DNA from: the human T2T-CHM13v2.0 reference genome, Homo sapiens
Direction: 5' to 3' (one strand)
DNA length: 64,000 nt
NCBI RefSeq assembly: GCF_009914755.1
Contig: NC_060933.1
The notes under the pieces were generated by a model that worked only from the letters and a program-made list of their open reading frames with translations, was not told the DNA's origin and did no database searches. Shown here in pieces: positions 42,181-57,301 of the stretch. The position numbers and the translations under genes were made by a program. The stretch's first letter is position 1, and the number at the start of each line of letters is the position of its first letter.

Positions 42181-42467
42181 TTTTTTTTTTGAGACAGAAT
42201 CTCCCTCTATCCACCCAGGCTAGGGTGCAGTGGTGTAATCTCGGCTCACAGCAACCTCCGCCTCCCAAGTTCAAGTAATTCTCCCTGCCTCAGCCTCCGG
42301 AGTAGCTGGGATCACAGGCACCCGCCACCATGTTCGGCTAATTTTTGTACTTTTTAGTAGAGATGGGGTTTCGTCATGTTGGCGGCCAAGCTGATCCTGA
42401 ACTTCTGACTGCCCACCTCAGCCTCCCAAAGTGCTGGGATTACAGGTATGAACCACTGTGCCTGGCC
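42181..42467 (-). mobile_element. AluS element with small internal deletion
   Basis: Reverse Alu; TSD-like aagacaccc. Confidence 0.93.
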
Positions 42468-42799
42468 AAGACACCCATTTTAAATGGATAGGCCCTAAAG
42501 AACCATACTGAAAATTCTCCAAATACCCTCAGAAGCAAATAAATTATGCTAGCATAATTGTAATGTTGAAGTATTTAATGACACACAAATGCCCTGAAAA
42601 TGAGCAAATTGTGTGTGAGAACGTGCATTATTTCTTAGGTAAATCCAGCACTATATTCATTAAAAACACATTAGTGAATCCCAGCCATTCAACATATCTT
42701 GATGTAACCGACAAATGAAAATCCTATTTTTTACAAGTAGACTTGTTTTAAAATAAGCACCACAGACCTACCCAAGTGCAAATCATTAAGATCCACTGA

Positions 42800-42985
42800 A
42801 CAGTGTTTCTCAGGTCAGGCCACCATCTGCTTAAGAATCACCTGTGGTGGCTGTTGAAATACAATTTCCTCAGTCTCTCTCTGCAGATAATCAGATTCAG
42901 TAAGTCCTGGTTGGGGTGTAGAAATCTGCATTTTTAATCAACCACCCCACCCCACTGATCCTGATAAACATTAAAGTGTTGGCAG
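42800..42985. mobile_element. MER5-family hAT relic
   Basis: cagtgtttctca...agaatcacctg...gattcagtaagtc...aatctgcatttttaa. Confidence 0.55.
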
Positions 42986-43619
42986 TCTCTTGTGTAAAGG
43001 CATTTGAAATAATCCTCAAAACTCTGGGCATATTAGGGTTTCCTAGATAGCTCATAACAACCACGGATGCCAAGCCCTTTTCCTTGCCATCCACTGATCG
43101 TTAGTTTCTAAATAAGACAAATGCCAGGTAGCTTGAAAGCAAAGCATTTAGGAATATAAATCACCTGCAAATGCAAAAATGCAGACGTAAAATAAAGCCC
43201 ATGAAACTCATCCAAAGATATTTCCAAGAACCCAGACTGGCTGGATGTGGCTCAACTGGGTTAGCCTCTTCAAAAAGGCCACTGTGCTTGATTCTATGAA
43301 GTTAGGAGCTTCTCTCAATGACTCTTTCTAGGAATATGAATATGGTTATTTGGTTAAGGCAAGCACAAATTTCTAGATAGACATTTAACAACCAAAACTA
43401 GAAACTGAAACTTTTTCTGAATTATTAGTTTCCAGGACTACATGCTTGTTCTATTTTTCCTTGCCCTTCCTGCAGCTCACCTGATCAAGAAACCAAGAAC
43501 AGAACACAAATCCAAGACTTACACCTCCAAGTCCTATTGCAGCATTCAAAAGAGTTCTTCACAGAAGGAAGGGAGAGGAGGCAGGCAAGTATCAGATTTC
43601 CTGTACTGTTTTCAAAATA

Positions 43620-44017
43620 CAGATGACCCTGGAACAATATGGGTTTGAACTGTGTGGGTGCACTTAATATGGGATTTTAGACCAACCCCTCCCTCTTCCT
43701 CTGCCTACTCAACATAAACATGACAAGGGGGAAGGATCCTTATGATGATCCACTTCCACTTAATGAACAGTAAATATATTTTGTCTACCTTATGATTCTC
43801 TTAACCTTTTCTTTTCTCTAGCTTACTTTATATTGTAATAACACATAATATGTAATACATGAAACATACAAAATATGTGATAACTGTTTATGTTATCAGT
43901 AAGGCTTCTAGTCAACAGTAGGCTACTAGTAGTTAGGTTTTTGAGGAGTCAAAAGTTAGACTTTTTGCTATATGGGGGCTGCTACCCATAGCCCCCGAAT
44001 TGTTCAAGTGTCAACTG
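43620..44017. mobile_element. Tigger2a-like TcMar DNA transposon
   Basis: TA flanks; TIRs cagatgaccctggaacaa / ttgttcaagtgtcaactg; internal ttatgatgatccacttccacttaatgaa. Confidence 0.8.
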
Positions 44018-45081
44018 TACAGCTCTGTCTCATTGCCCAAAAGCAGCATGTCAAGACACTTCTGGAAATAAAACATCCACAAGTAATTCTAATGTAGTAC
44101 ATGCGGGTGAGAACACACACTAAAAGTAATGATAGGAATGGCTGGCAGAAGTGAAAATAAAAGAAAATGCACCATCCATGCTTTTTTAAAGAGTCTACGC
44201 AAATTTAAAGAGAGACCAATGTTAACACACATTTCTGTAACCTTTAAACTAGCATCTACGACTTACATGAACCTACCAGAAAAACATTGTCGAAGAATGC
44301 GTAGCTGCCTAAAAAATAATTTCAGGAAGTTACTACTATAATAATAATTTTACTGTTCATTACAACTGAAATAACTGAATCAATGTTAACTCACTTATCT
44401 GCTAAGTATGACCTCCAGATCCAGTTTTCTTCTCAAACTGTACGTCTGGCTGTCTCAAGTGCTCACTCTGCAAGAGGGCAGAGTTCTTCACTCCTAGGCA
44501 AAGACAGCTCCACTCTCTGGCACCTAAGAGATCTGGTCCAGAAAGTCTCAAGACAAAGACACTCAAAGGCCCAAATTAAGGCCTCTCTCAGTTGGTTTAT
44601 TTAGAGTGGTATCTGAGCAAAACAGTTTAACATCAATAATGTGAAATGGAAAGAAAACAACAAAAGCTACGGCATCAGCCAACATGATACTACATTTCTG
44701 ATGCTTATTAGCTATTTCATTTTGAACAAATCCCTTTTAACCTGAGCTTTATTTCATCAAAGGGATTAAGTATTTGCCTACCAGAGACTACTGCTGTTTC
44801 TGCACGAATTCAAAACAGTAAAAAGATAATAGTCCTATGAAATTTGTTTCAAAAGTAGATACAGCAAAGAATTAAGGGCTCCTTCTTGGGAAGTTAACAC
44901 AATCATCTTAACTTCACAAGCCAGGTATGTGGTAGAACAGACTGAAGCCAAACTGACCTAGCACCACTTTTCCCAGGTGATAAATGAAAGAAAAGCCCTA
45001 CCCCACATTCCCCTTAAAAAGCAGTGGGAAAGTAAAGCAACAAGGGCTAGCAGTGTGATGTTCAGGTAGAAAAGATTTTTG

Positions 45082-45584
45082 TTTTCTTCTTGTAAATTTG
45101 TTTGAGTTCATTGTAGATTCTGGTATGTTTATTGCGGCACTATTCACAATAGCAAAGACTTGGAACCAACCCAAATGTCCAACAATGATAGACTGGATTA
45201 AGAAAATGTGGCACATATACACCATGGAATACTATGCAGCCATAAAAAATGATGAGTTCATGTCCTTTGTAGGGACATGGATGAAATTGGAAATCATCAT
45301 TCTCAGTAAACTATCACAAGGACAAAAAACCAAACACCGCATGTTCTCACTCATAGGTGGGAACTGAACAATGAGAACACACGGACACAGGAAGGGGAAC
45401 AACACACCCTGGGGACTGTTGTGGGGACGGGGGAGGGATAGCATTAGGAGATATACCTAATGCTGAATGACCAGTTAATGGGTGCAGCACACCAGCATGG
45501 CACATGTATACATATGTAACTGACCTGCACATTGTGCACATGTACCCTAAAACTTAAAGCATAATAATAATTTAAAAAAAAAAA
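45082..45584 (+). mobile_element. L1PA (PA3/PA4-like) 5'-inverted, truncated insertion
   Basis: 45082-45123 is antisense L1; ~45124-45584 is sense ORF2 C-terminus (MFIAALFTIAKTWNQPKCP...) plus 3'UTR and poly(A); 14-bp TSD agaaaagatttttg (45068-45081 / 45585-45598). Confidence 0.93.
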
Positions 45585-48500
45585 AGAAAAGATTTTTGGC
45601 CATCCAGATCAGTTTCAATTTATCTTATCTCACTGTTATCTTAGAAATCAAACTCAAACACATTTGAACATGTGGTTCAACTATTTTCAGTGTCTTCTAT
45701 CATGATGCACATGGTTTGCTTGAATCTCTTCCTCAGCCTCCTTATTATTCGGAAACCAATTTTGCACTTAACATTCTAGACCTGTGAGCTGTTATAAGGG
45801 TTCTGCCTCAATGACTCAAATTTCTGATAAACAGTAAGTTTCAGTGACATCCCCACCACATGCCCCTTTCAATTCCACACGTGCACACACACACAGACAG
45901 CAACAATTTCCTAAACCTATACAAGTTATTACTTCTGTGGCTTTCCCCCTACCTTACACAGAAGCAATACTCACAAGGAGGCAGTTACTCTTTTAATTCC
46001 AATGGAGGTCTTCATAAAACCTGACATTCTCCATGCTGGTTACAGAAATGAAATAGCCAGGCTTTTCTGGTATAGACCATACTTTGCATAAGTTTAAGCA
46101 TCTGCCATGAGGGGCTATGATACCCCTGTGGAGCATGCTTAGGTAACAAAATGATCCATCAATTCCAATAAAGATGGGTTCAGTCAACTGTTGAGACTCT
46201 TCTACCATCACTATCCACTGTGTGGCTGACAGGCAGGAAGTAAGCAGGGGACACTGCCACCAAGAACCCTGTTCCTCATCCTTCCCTCTTTGTAGGCTCT
46301 GCCTCTGCTCCAACAACTGTGGGAAAATCTAAAGGAAATCCATTGGAAGAATGCCTAGTTATTGCCCTTTGAGAATTCCAATTAACTCTCACTTTGGAGT
46401 TGGCTAAAAGGAACAGAAGTAACACAAGAGGCCTGAGGACAGGACATTCAAGCTCTGGACCTTACTTGGGCTACCTACCCACATTCCCTAGACCACATTA
46501 GATGAGTAAGAAATTTCTGGGCTTTTTGTATGAAAAAAATTAAAGCTGACAAGAGAGCATTCTACAAAACACATGAAGGGCATTATACAAATAACAATAA
46601 AAAAGTCATCTGTGACTTCTCACTTCAAATAAGGACTATGTAAATGGGACTCAATATAGATAGAAGCATTTTATTTAAATGTATTGAAGAGGTGCTGATA
46701 ATCAGATGTAATATACTGTTAAAACTTGACATGTGGCTGTGGAAATTTCCAGAATACAAGTTAACAATGAAGTTAGGAAAACATGTACTCGGTCAGTCTG
46801 TATTTTTTAAAAGGCAGAGGAACAATTTACTCAACGTTTCAATTTTTACCCCACTCCTGGCATATACTTTTTCAATTTTTTTTTTGTCTGGATAAATAAC
46901 AGTTATTAGGCTAACATCTCATAAGTAGGTCAGTTAATTTGAGGCCTGTTCTTCCAACTATTACTTCTAAATTTTCCAAATCTGCTCAAGGTAAAGGTTT
47001 TTAAATGAGGGGTACTTTGTAGACGATGATTTATAAATTTCTACCCTTTGTACCATCACAGGAAATAACAAACTACACAAGCCAGAAAAACACTAGGGTG
47101 GGTTGAAATGCTGAGAAAGATGTGGCGTTTAAATACAAAACAAACCTTCCTCTCCGAATAAATACTCAAGGTCAATCCCAACACTACTCTGCTCAAAACC
47201 CTCCGGTGCCCCTTCCTCACCTAGAGAACAAAACATCAGCGCCTTCACATACATGCGCACCCAGAACACACTTCTATAACGCATAACTCAGGCTCATTTC
47301 CCACACTCGCCTCCCATCCTGCTTTCTTTTTGGGCAAATTCTATATGGTTCCCCTATCAACTGCTTTAAAACTTCCATGCCCTACTAAAGTCATGAACTC
47401 CCAGCATTATGGCTATTAGAGCCACTCGTCTCAAACACAGAACTGTGCTGCAGGTATTTTAACAGAGGACCTACTGGGTGGCAAGCCCTTAGCGTAGCTT
47501 TACTTACATTCCTGCCTGCATACCCTCTCCTCCTTCTTTACAGTGGGGGCTGGTTTACACAGCATCTAAGAATATTTCCTTCTGGCCAGTATTAACTTTT
47601 ATAAAAGAACAAATTATAATGATAAAGAAAAACCAACCCAATCCCAATAATCCTGTCGCAAAAGGAGGTTGAACTAGAAACTCAAATCCCCATATAAAGT
47701 TTACAGTGGCTATTAAACTTTCAAGAGTGAAAGAAGAAGGCAATTAAAATTATTCTCTCTTCAGGAGAGGTTGCTGCTTTTCATCAAATCATTTTATGCA
47801 ATAAACATGAATTTGTTTAAAAAGTTAACATTTCTTCTTAATATGCAACTTAGCAGACCATGAAAAGCTTTTTTTCCTCTCCTAAAAAGCAGGTAATGAA
47901 AATTCTCAGTGATGAATAAATTATTTTAACGATATAAATGGAAACTTAAATGGTTAAAAGCTCTGTCCAAGATTAAGCAGCCAGTTAAATCATTTTAGTA
48001 AGGTAATTTAGACAGAGTAAGATTTCAGAAATGTAGTTCTATATTCCTATGTTAAGGGTCAAGCTCATGCTGAACAGAAAAAAAAAAGTATAAATATGAC
48101 ATTTACTAATGAGGAAAGGATAAGCTAGTTAGAAAAAGGTATAAATTTAACAAAAAGTTAATGGCAATACAGTAGCTTAGAATACAGGTTTCTTAGGTTT
48201 GCTTAATCACTCTCAAACTGAACACAAAAAATAGATAATACTATTTATAATATTCTCATTTTTATAATAGAATTTTCCAAATGTGGTTAAATTGTGGTTT
48301 ATTTCAGTATAAGAAATTTCATGATTGTATACCAATTAATAACTTTTAAGCAAAGGTAAATTTTAGCCTGGTCTATAGCTGAATGATTAAGGAAAATATT
48401 TCTTTAATCAAGACCAAAATCGGGCAGTTTTTCTATGGTAGTTAATTCTAGACAGAATTTTTTTTTCTTTTGAGGGGTCAGAACTTACCAATAACAATAA

Positions 48501-49547
48501 AACATTCTATTCCCTGAGATAACAGCTCCTTCTTTCCAGATAAATCAACCCCAGTTTCAGGAAAAATAAAGCATCCTAGGCCCATTGTAGAGGAGGGAAA
48601 AGCTGAGAGAGATGCTGGGAGCCACGTATCCATTTCACTGTGTTATGTGATAATCACCTATCCAGAGTTCTTTATGCAGAGGAGGGAGGAAGTCTACACA
48701 TATTCTTGGAAATGAATGATTTTAGTTTGCTAATCATGAATTTAAGTCTGACACCGTTAACCTAACAAGTCAAAAGTATTGGCTTTAAGCCATAAAAATT
48801 CCACATACTATTTAGATTTTTTCAATACTTAAGACCCCTAAAAATAAAATGAGTAGAGAAAGAGCATGAAGACTGAACACAGTAGGTACAACCACTCACT
48901 TCATGAATAACTCACCAAAGGAAGGATTCCTTTAGGGACCTGAAGGATCTTGGAGAAAAACCTCTCTTCTTCTCACCAGCATACAACTTGACACTTCCAT
49001 GAGATTACTCCCCCACCCCCATGCCTGAACTGTACACATATCACCTTTTCACTACCTTCCCTAATGAGAATCTTAAAACATTTTTGTAATATTCACACTT
49101 TATTTACCATGTCAACACTGGGGATACTGTGGGCAGGCTTAACCCAAAATAGCTGCCTCCCATGCAGTACAGGGATGATGTCATTTCACCAGCAAGGTAT
49201 GCCTCTGGGACATCTCCTTAACCAGGAAAAAAAGTGACCTTTAGGACAAGAGAACAAGTATCTCGAGACTTTAACCTGTATCTGCTACTACTTAAACAAA
49301 CAGCATCCTACTATGAGACGGATACGTTGTTTTCAATTTCTATGCCATGTTTTTTTATAAGCAAAGGCTGGTGAACCACGTTGAACTCTGAATGCTAAAC
49401 GATCGCCCAGCATGCTCAAGAAAAAACATTAATATTTTGGTTAACAGAATGAACCACAGGAGGATTATTAAGGTAAAATGCTAGAAGACAAACTGAACTT
49501 TGCACACACAAATACCAAATGTATAGAGAACCGCCAAACATCTTTGG

Positions 49548-49731
49548 TGATTCCCAAGTGCTAGGCCTTAGACTTGCTGTCATAAATTACCTGGGAAGCA
49601 TAATAAAAAACAGAACCCGGAATCTCACCTGTGGACAGGGATCGAGTAGATCTACAGTGGATCCCAGAAACTGTATTTCTAACTCACTTCCCTTGGGATT
49701 AAGATGCAACCAAAGTTTGGGAACAAATGCT
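49548..49731. mobile_element. MER5-family hAT relic
   Basis: tgattcccaag...aattacctgggaagc...gaaactgtatttctaac...aagtttgggaacaaatg. Confidence 0.45.
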
Positions 49732-52399
49732 TTAGGTCCTCACAGAGCCTGAGGGACTTCACTTCACTCACCATGGAAATACTGAACATCTGTCATTTAT
49801 TCAACACACCAACTACTGCACAAAACCCTACTGAGCTAATGCTATTAGGGAGCCCCAGGAGAAACTGCTAAATAAACCACCTTTCACAGCACTTGATTCA
49901 CTGTTTCAATATCCCAATAACCAGGAATTTTACCAAACGCATACTAAATTCTAAGTGGCTTGGAGTACACAAACACTTGTATATACTAACCAATCTTCTG
50001 TACCTTTCTAAAGTAAAGCACAGTGTCCTGGCAAGAGTTTTGATATAACGATCAGAAGACAAGGATTTGTTTGAGTCGCAGCTCTTTCTTCAACTGCCTG
50101 GTCTTGGCTAAATTGTATGACCACCAAGATCTCCACTCTGACTGTGGACAGAGAACAGTGCTTAAGCCTAAATTACATATGGGTCCCCCTGTAATTCCAA
50201 AACTTCTGTGGTTCCTCAAGGGTAAAGAATATAGACTTCAAAGAAGGGGGAACTCAGCAGGAGCTGGAACAACCTGGAAAGACAGAAGCTGAAGGACAGA
50301 ATTCCTTTAGATGGGCTCCAAAAGATGAGATGACCACAGTTAAACTAAAAATGAGTGTGAAAGGGTATACCAAAAAGTCGGAGCTGCAAAAGCATATGCA
50401 TGGACGCTGGGAATAAGATCAGCTTACAAGTAAAGAGCCAGTCTGAGAACAGTGGAGAACGGCAATAGCACTGGCATCACTCCTACAAAACTCAGCCAGA
50501 TGATAGGGTAAAACAGTAGAGAAACACCATAGAGTTTTGAGTGAGCAGTAACACGAGTAAAGTGGTGCTGTGTAAGAAAGTGGTGCTGACAGCCATCACC
50601 AGTATAGATTAGACGAGGGAAAAAGACTTATTTATGGAATAGTATCCCAGGAAATGAAAAGGCTTAACTCAACTTCCAAAACATTCTTAAAGCTGTGAAT
50701 ACTAGAAAAACTTGGCTCAAGACATTGTACAAGAGCACAAAATCTGTCTAATGGAAATAAATAAACATAGAAAGAACAAACAGGCAAAGGGGGTGCTATA
50801 TACTTGTGGGAAATGGTCTGCTTTGCCTCTTAGACAAATGTGGGCCAAATTGAGGATGCCAGCTGTTATCTGATATTTTTACAGGAACCAAATAGGGGCG
50901 GGGAAAGAAGTAGCCTGCTATTTGCCCATTACCCTGACCCACATCTCAGAAAATCAGAAACTGATGTCACACTATAAAAGCCACAAAGCTTTACTGTGCT
51001 TTCTTCCACATATTCAGCCCAAGCAGCTGGGCCCTAAAGAGAAAAGGCTGGATGATGAACAGTAAGGAAGCAGCTGTCATCAACTGTCTCCTTGAAGGCC
51101 ACGGGCATTTCTCCTGTGGAGACCTATTTCCCCTGCATTTCTACCTTCTTCTGGATCTTCGTGCAGGAGGATATTTAGTAAAAGAACTGACACACTAGAA
51201 TGAAATAAGGGTAATTATTTCTAGAATGGAGAAAAGGATAGTTCCTGGGACAAGCCATCTTGACCACCTATTCCATTTTCTTCCCAACTACAACTCAGGA
51301 CCTCAGAACTAGGACAAATTAGCAGCAACGCTGGAAATCAATATAAATTGAGGAAAAGAAACCTGCAAAAATCTGCTGTAGGATAAAGAGCACACGGTCT
51401 GACGGTAACTGAACACTGGATGTCTTTTTAAAGAACACTTATTGTTACTTAATAGTACTAGTAAAAGATCTCTGACACAGAAAGTATGCAGAGAAATATA
51501 GATAACGAGAAAAAGCAGTTCAGACTGAAAAAACTTCAAAACAAACTTGTCTTACACTTTATTGGAAATCTCATTTTTCCCTTCACATTTTGATAATATA
51601 CAGTAACCAGTTCATTTTCTGATTGGTGAATCTTTTCATAGAACAGTTTCTTGCTCAAGAAGTATCTAGAATTCTTGGACCTCTCATACCCTAGTATATT
51701 TGGGAACCACTATATACTTTCATTTAGATAAGACAGGGCTGGTAGGCATTTTTCTTAGGGGCCAATAAATATAAAGACTGATGTGTCAAAACCACTCAGG
51801 GCTAATAAATTACCTTAACTGGTAATTCTAAGAAAAGCAACTTTAAAGCACAAAAATGACACTTCATTTCCAGATACCTGAAAAAAATGAGCAAAAATCT
51901 TTTACACAAGTCTCTAAGCAAGATGGATACTACAGTCAGCCTTGACTAACTTCCCCTCACCACTTCAGGCTATAGTCTGAGCTGGTTTCTTAAATCAAGG
52001 GTGGAAAATAGGTTCAAACTTGAGTCAATTGATAGAAGTTGTCTGGAACACTATTTTGAAAAAAATATTTGGGAGCCACATCTAGACTCTGTGAGAAAGA
52101 GTGCCATGATTGACTGGCAATGTCTGCACTGGGCAGGAGAGGGCAAATTGATGGTACAGCTAACTAAGAATTTGCTAGAGGCGACATCCCTCTTATTTTC
52201 TAAAGGAAAAGAAATCTATGCTGTGAATTAGATTAGCTCCCTCTCAAGAGAGAATCTACATAAGAATTTCAAAGATTCACAAAAGCAGCAAAGTATGTAC
52301 AAAGTTATTTACTGTACGTCTTAAAAAGAAAAACAACAGAAAAAATAACCTGTGTCATGTAAGTTCCTCCAGTCAGTCTCCTCAAAGCAAGCTGAATTA

Positions 52400-52710
52400 G
52401 CTAGAGCAAACTACAACTCAAGCACCACATCTAGCCTGCCACCTTTTTGTATAACCCATGAGCTAAGAATGGTTTTTACATTTTTTAACTTGGAAAAAAT
52501 AAAAAGAATATTTGTAATACATAAACATCTTATCAATCTCAAGTTTCATTGCCCATAAATAAAGTTTTATTGGATAACGGCTGCATCCATTTGTTTATGT
52601 AGTGGCTATTACTGCTTTCATACTATAAAGGCAGAGTTGAGAAGTTGTGACAGAATGCATGGCTCGCAAAACCTTGCTTATTCACTACCCAGACCTTTAT
52701 AGAAGAACAA
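52400..52710. mobile_element. MER58B-like hAT-Charlie element
   Basis: gagctaagaatggtttttacattttt...cataaataaagttttattgga...ggcagagttgag.agttgtgacaga. Confidence 0.7.
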
Positions 52711-52750
52711 GTCTAAGGTTTCCTCAAGTTATAGGGCAAGTAATTCTCTA

Positions 52751-53152
<402 letters not shown>

Positions 53153-55122
53153 TTAGTTCTATACTGTTGACAGAGATCAACTTTCATTTTGGCATATGGT
53201 CTTGTCATTAACACCAGCATATTTCCTCAACAGTAAAAAGAACTCTCTATTAATTCTAGAAATATACATGAAGTCTTTATGTCTCCTGTCTACTACATTT
53301 TCAAGTTTTAGAACTCAGCAAGCAGTGCTGTTTAGGAAAAAAAAAACACACATCCCCAAAGGATTCCACCATCCATGCCCTGCCTGAGCCAGAGTATACC
53401 ATCAGCAAGACAAGGTCAGCTTCATAAACTGTGGGGATAAATCTCTGTGCTATGGAGAGGGCTTAACAGGCAATACCTTTTCAGCTTCAGTTTCCTTAGC
53501 CATAAAAATGGGAAGACAGAAAACATCAACCAAGAATCTGTCAGTGTTCAGTAAATTGTACCCTGACATATTTACAGCCTTTACCAAGTACAATAATGTC
53601 GGAGTCTAAAATGGTGAAGAACCATGTGTGGGCGTGTATACATGTAAGTTTATTTTAGACGAGGGCTTATCTTCAAATACACTCAATCAAATTTCTCCAA
53701 AGAGGGTTTTATGATCTAGATAAGAACAGGAAAATATGAACACAAAAGACTTACAGGGATGACATCGAAGACAATGAGAACATATAGGAAAAGAAGAAAT
53801 AGAACATAAACAAAAATAACAGGAGAAAAAAAGTCTAGAGTAAAAGTTGCTTCTAAGTGTTTGTTGTTGTTGCCACCCTCCCCCCATCATCTGAGCCCTC
53901 TCACTCCTGGTTCACTGATGCCCTAGATCTCAGACAATGGGAGCTATCAAAAGCAGTTGCATCAATGGAATGCAAAGATAACTAAAGTCAATCGCAATGG
54001 TCTCAACTTTTCAATGAAGCAAGTTTCTCAGTTTGAAATGGCAAGAAACATTATACAGGTGACAAAAATGGCATAAGAAAAGTTTAGTCTACAAAAGTCA
54101 AAACAAACTAAATGACGATTTCCCAGATGCCCAAGGACGGTCCAAATGCTTTTACTAAGTACTACTGTTGCATCAATTTCATAGGGAAGTGAGGTATTTT
54201 TTCTTGATGGGGCACCGTAGGTGCAAGTGGTTATCAATGTGGGTTTTTAGGACAGCTACTCTGGTTATCCTAATGTGGATACTTGTTACCACATAAACGA
54301 AAAGAGAAGGCTAAATACAGTGCCCAATATGAAAACTAGTGATTATATTTTGGGACCACAATCAGAATTTTGGATAATCACTGCTAATATATGTCCTCTA
54401 TCAAAATGTATTTTTTCCTTTTTAAAAAAGAGAAAGGAATAGAGAGCTAAAAACTAATTAGGTTAATTTCATCTCACACTAAAATTGAGGTTTTATTTTA
54501 CAGTTCTAGTAAAGAGTCACATGTGAAGCCACTGTATTTTTAAGCATTCAGCTTTTCATTAATTCAAAATTTATCATGTGTTTACTGCATGCATTGTGCC
54601 CCTCTTATGAAAATGTGTTGCAGTCCTATTGTCATTGAGTAGAATTAAATTGGCTGAATGTAACAAAATCTGCTCAAGGAACCAGCTTATAGTGGAAAGA
54701 CAGACTTCCAATACCGGCTCTGGTGTTTACTGGCTCGCAGTTAGCTGTGCAACTTTGAAGAAGCTACTTAACACCTCTCTGAACCACAGCTTCCTTCTCT
54801 CTAAAACGAGGGTAATTCCTACCCAACTAGGTTGCTGATGCAATGATGAAAATATTCATTAATGATGAAAGTGGATCGTCACCCTAGTCAAAAGATAACA
54901 TGAGAAAAAATAACATGCTTACTGTTAAAGATTTTAAGTATATTCATTTAAAGTTAAATAAAAAAGATGCCACAAATATAACAGAAAAAGAAAAGGGCAA
55001 TACAAATATAGTTTTGTCATACTGCTATTCTATGACAAAATAAATCAATTGTATCAGCATAGTCTAATTGCCCTTTCTACTGATAGATACTCCTCCTCCT
55101 GCATCTTAGCAGCTTCTAACCC

Positions 55123-55448
55123 CAGTGCATTCTCAAACTTGACTGCAATGGAATCATCTAGAAAGCTTAAAAAAAAAAAAAAAAAAAACTAAAACAAAAA
55201 AACCTGATCCCCGAATCCCACTCCCAAAAATAGATAGATATATATACATATATGTGTGTTTGTGTCTGTATATATATGTGTATATGAGATGAGATCTCAC
55301 TACATTGGCTGGGCCATGCTTGAACTCCTGGACTCAAGCGATCCTCCCACCTTGGGCTCTGATTTTATCAGTCTGTCATGAAGCATTGGTACTAGCTTTT
55401 TAAAATCCTGGTGACTAACGTACAACCACCATGTTGAGAAATCACTGC
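55123..55448. mobile_element. MER5A-like relic interrupted by an A-run, (TA/TG)n and a minus-strand Alu monomer fragment (~55286-55355)
   Basis: cagtgcattctcaaacttgactgca..ggaatca ... ttgagaaatcactg flanking gagatgagatctcactacattg...tgaactcctggactcaagcgatcctcccaccttgg. Confidence 0.6.
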
Positions 55449-57100
55449 CTTAATGGTGAGAACCTAGCTGGGGCTACAACGGGGCTGCTGGGAGGTCTAA
55501 GAAAGGTCTTGCAGGGATGACTGCTGTTTCACAGTTGCGTTGTTTAGGTACACGTGGATGTGTTTCTTCTAAAATCTTCAAGTTACCTATTACTTCAAAG
55601 AAACAGTTTATTGGCCTCCTGAGGTCTGTCTGGGGCACAAGAGTGCCTACTGAGATTAGATCACTGGGTAAAGTGAAAAGCCTGTCTTGCTTACTTCCTA
55701 CTTAGCTGTTTCCCACTCTAGCCTCTGAACCCTTACTCCTGGCCTGCTGTAGGCATGGAAACATTTGCTAAATGAAAGAATGAGAAACTTACTGATGTTA
55801 TTTATTTAACCAAAGGTATTATCATCATCACCACCACCACCATCAGAAGACCCAACCATCAAATGGGTCTTCCACCTGATACCCTCAAGCAATCATGACT
55901 AGCTATATGAGTCAGTCAAATATCTAGTATCTGTTAAGTTGTTTATACTCAGAAATATTTATCCCCAAATGACTTTGCCTCCTTATAAAAAGTTTCTTAT
56001 TTGCCTAGTGGCATTATTAGGATGAGTGCCACTCAGAATATGTTTGAGGTAAGCAAAACTGTATTATTATCCTAAGCAAAATAATATGAAAGGGGGTATC
56101 TGCTATTAAAAGACTGCATTCCTAAACCTACCATCGTTGGTGTATTAAAATGTTGGCACTATAACAAAAGGGAGTTAGAACTTTAAATTACTTTACAGTG
56201 AAAATCTGTAATCAAGGCAGCAAATATTTATTGGATGTTTAAAATATATTAAGGGTATCGCAGATGATACCAAGATAGGCAAGCCTCCCCATTCTCACCT
56301 TTTAGCTACATGGTATTTTACTGTTTAATTGTAGCTTCACATTAACCATGTTCGGTATTCAGATTCTTCTCCTACAAGGTAGAAATGATATCTGAAGCTT
56401 GGCAAGGTCAATCAGCTTCTACAAATCAAAAAGGCAGGGAGGAAGTAGTAAAGTCAGGACTTGAAGTCAGGACTTTCAAATGCTGTGCTCTACTCCACTC
56501 AATTAACTAGTTTATACCTGAACTGAGACTTCAGGCATATTGCGTATAAGCCCAGGACTAGTTTGTACCCAATATGCCTGAATAATAACGTAACCAGGCA
56601 CTTCTGACACTTTTACCGCAAAAGTTGTTTCTTGTTTGATTACTATCTCAAACTTCTGTACCTTTTATACAAATATCAGTTTTACTATATATGAATTTCA
56701 GTGCCATTATTCATTCCTATGACAACATAAATTGCATCTTATTTATATAGTGCATATTTCTGGTTATAAATGAGCGCACAGTTTTTAAAAATAAAAGCAG
56801 TAGCAAGGCAAACATTACAAAAAAAAATACCTTACCTACCCTTTTCCCACTCTTATATTCATCAGTAAGTCATGGGCCACCAGGGAAGGCTTGGAAACCA
56901 AGCATCACTTATCCATATCATCCAAACCTATTTTTCAAGTCTCTCTGAATTTAGAATGTGCATACTGATAATCCCCAAACTAAGATTCATTTCTTTAAAA
57001 AGTTTTATAAGATGCTACATTTAAATTCCAAGTACAACCATTATGGAAACCAACATGATTAAAAGACTATTCTGACCAAAATGACAAAGCTAAGGCTCTT

Positions 57101-57101
<1 letters not shown>

Positions 57102-57148
<47 letters not shown>
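57102..57148. repeat. Pure A47 homopolymer (U47 on ELAVL2 pre-mRNA)
   Basis: Counted from the sequence. Confidence 0.97.
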
Positions 57149-57149
<1 letters not shown>

Positions 57150-57301
57150 CCCTTAAGAAAAACAAATCCTGTCTTTAAATGCCAAAAAATTTGCCTGGTA
57201 ACTGAACATAAAGAAGAGGCTCAATGCCACGTGTCCTCAGCTATTCTCAGAAGCTACCTGTGGTCAAGTGTTCTAAGAATTTTCAAACCATTAATTCAAA
57301 T

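Noticed and set aside
45098-45367. 89-aa ORF resembling a protein C-terminus
   Set aside because: L1 ORF2 remnant fused to the inverted segment, not a host gene.
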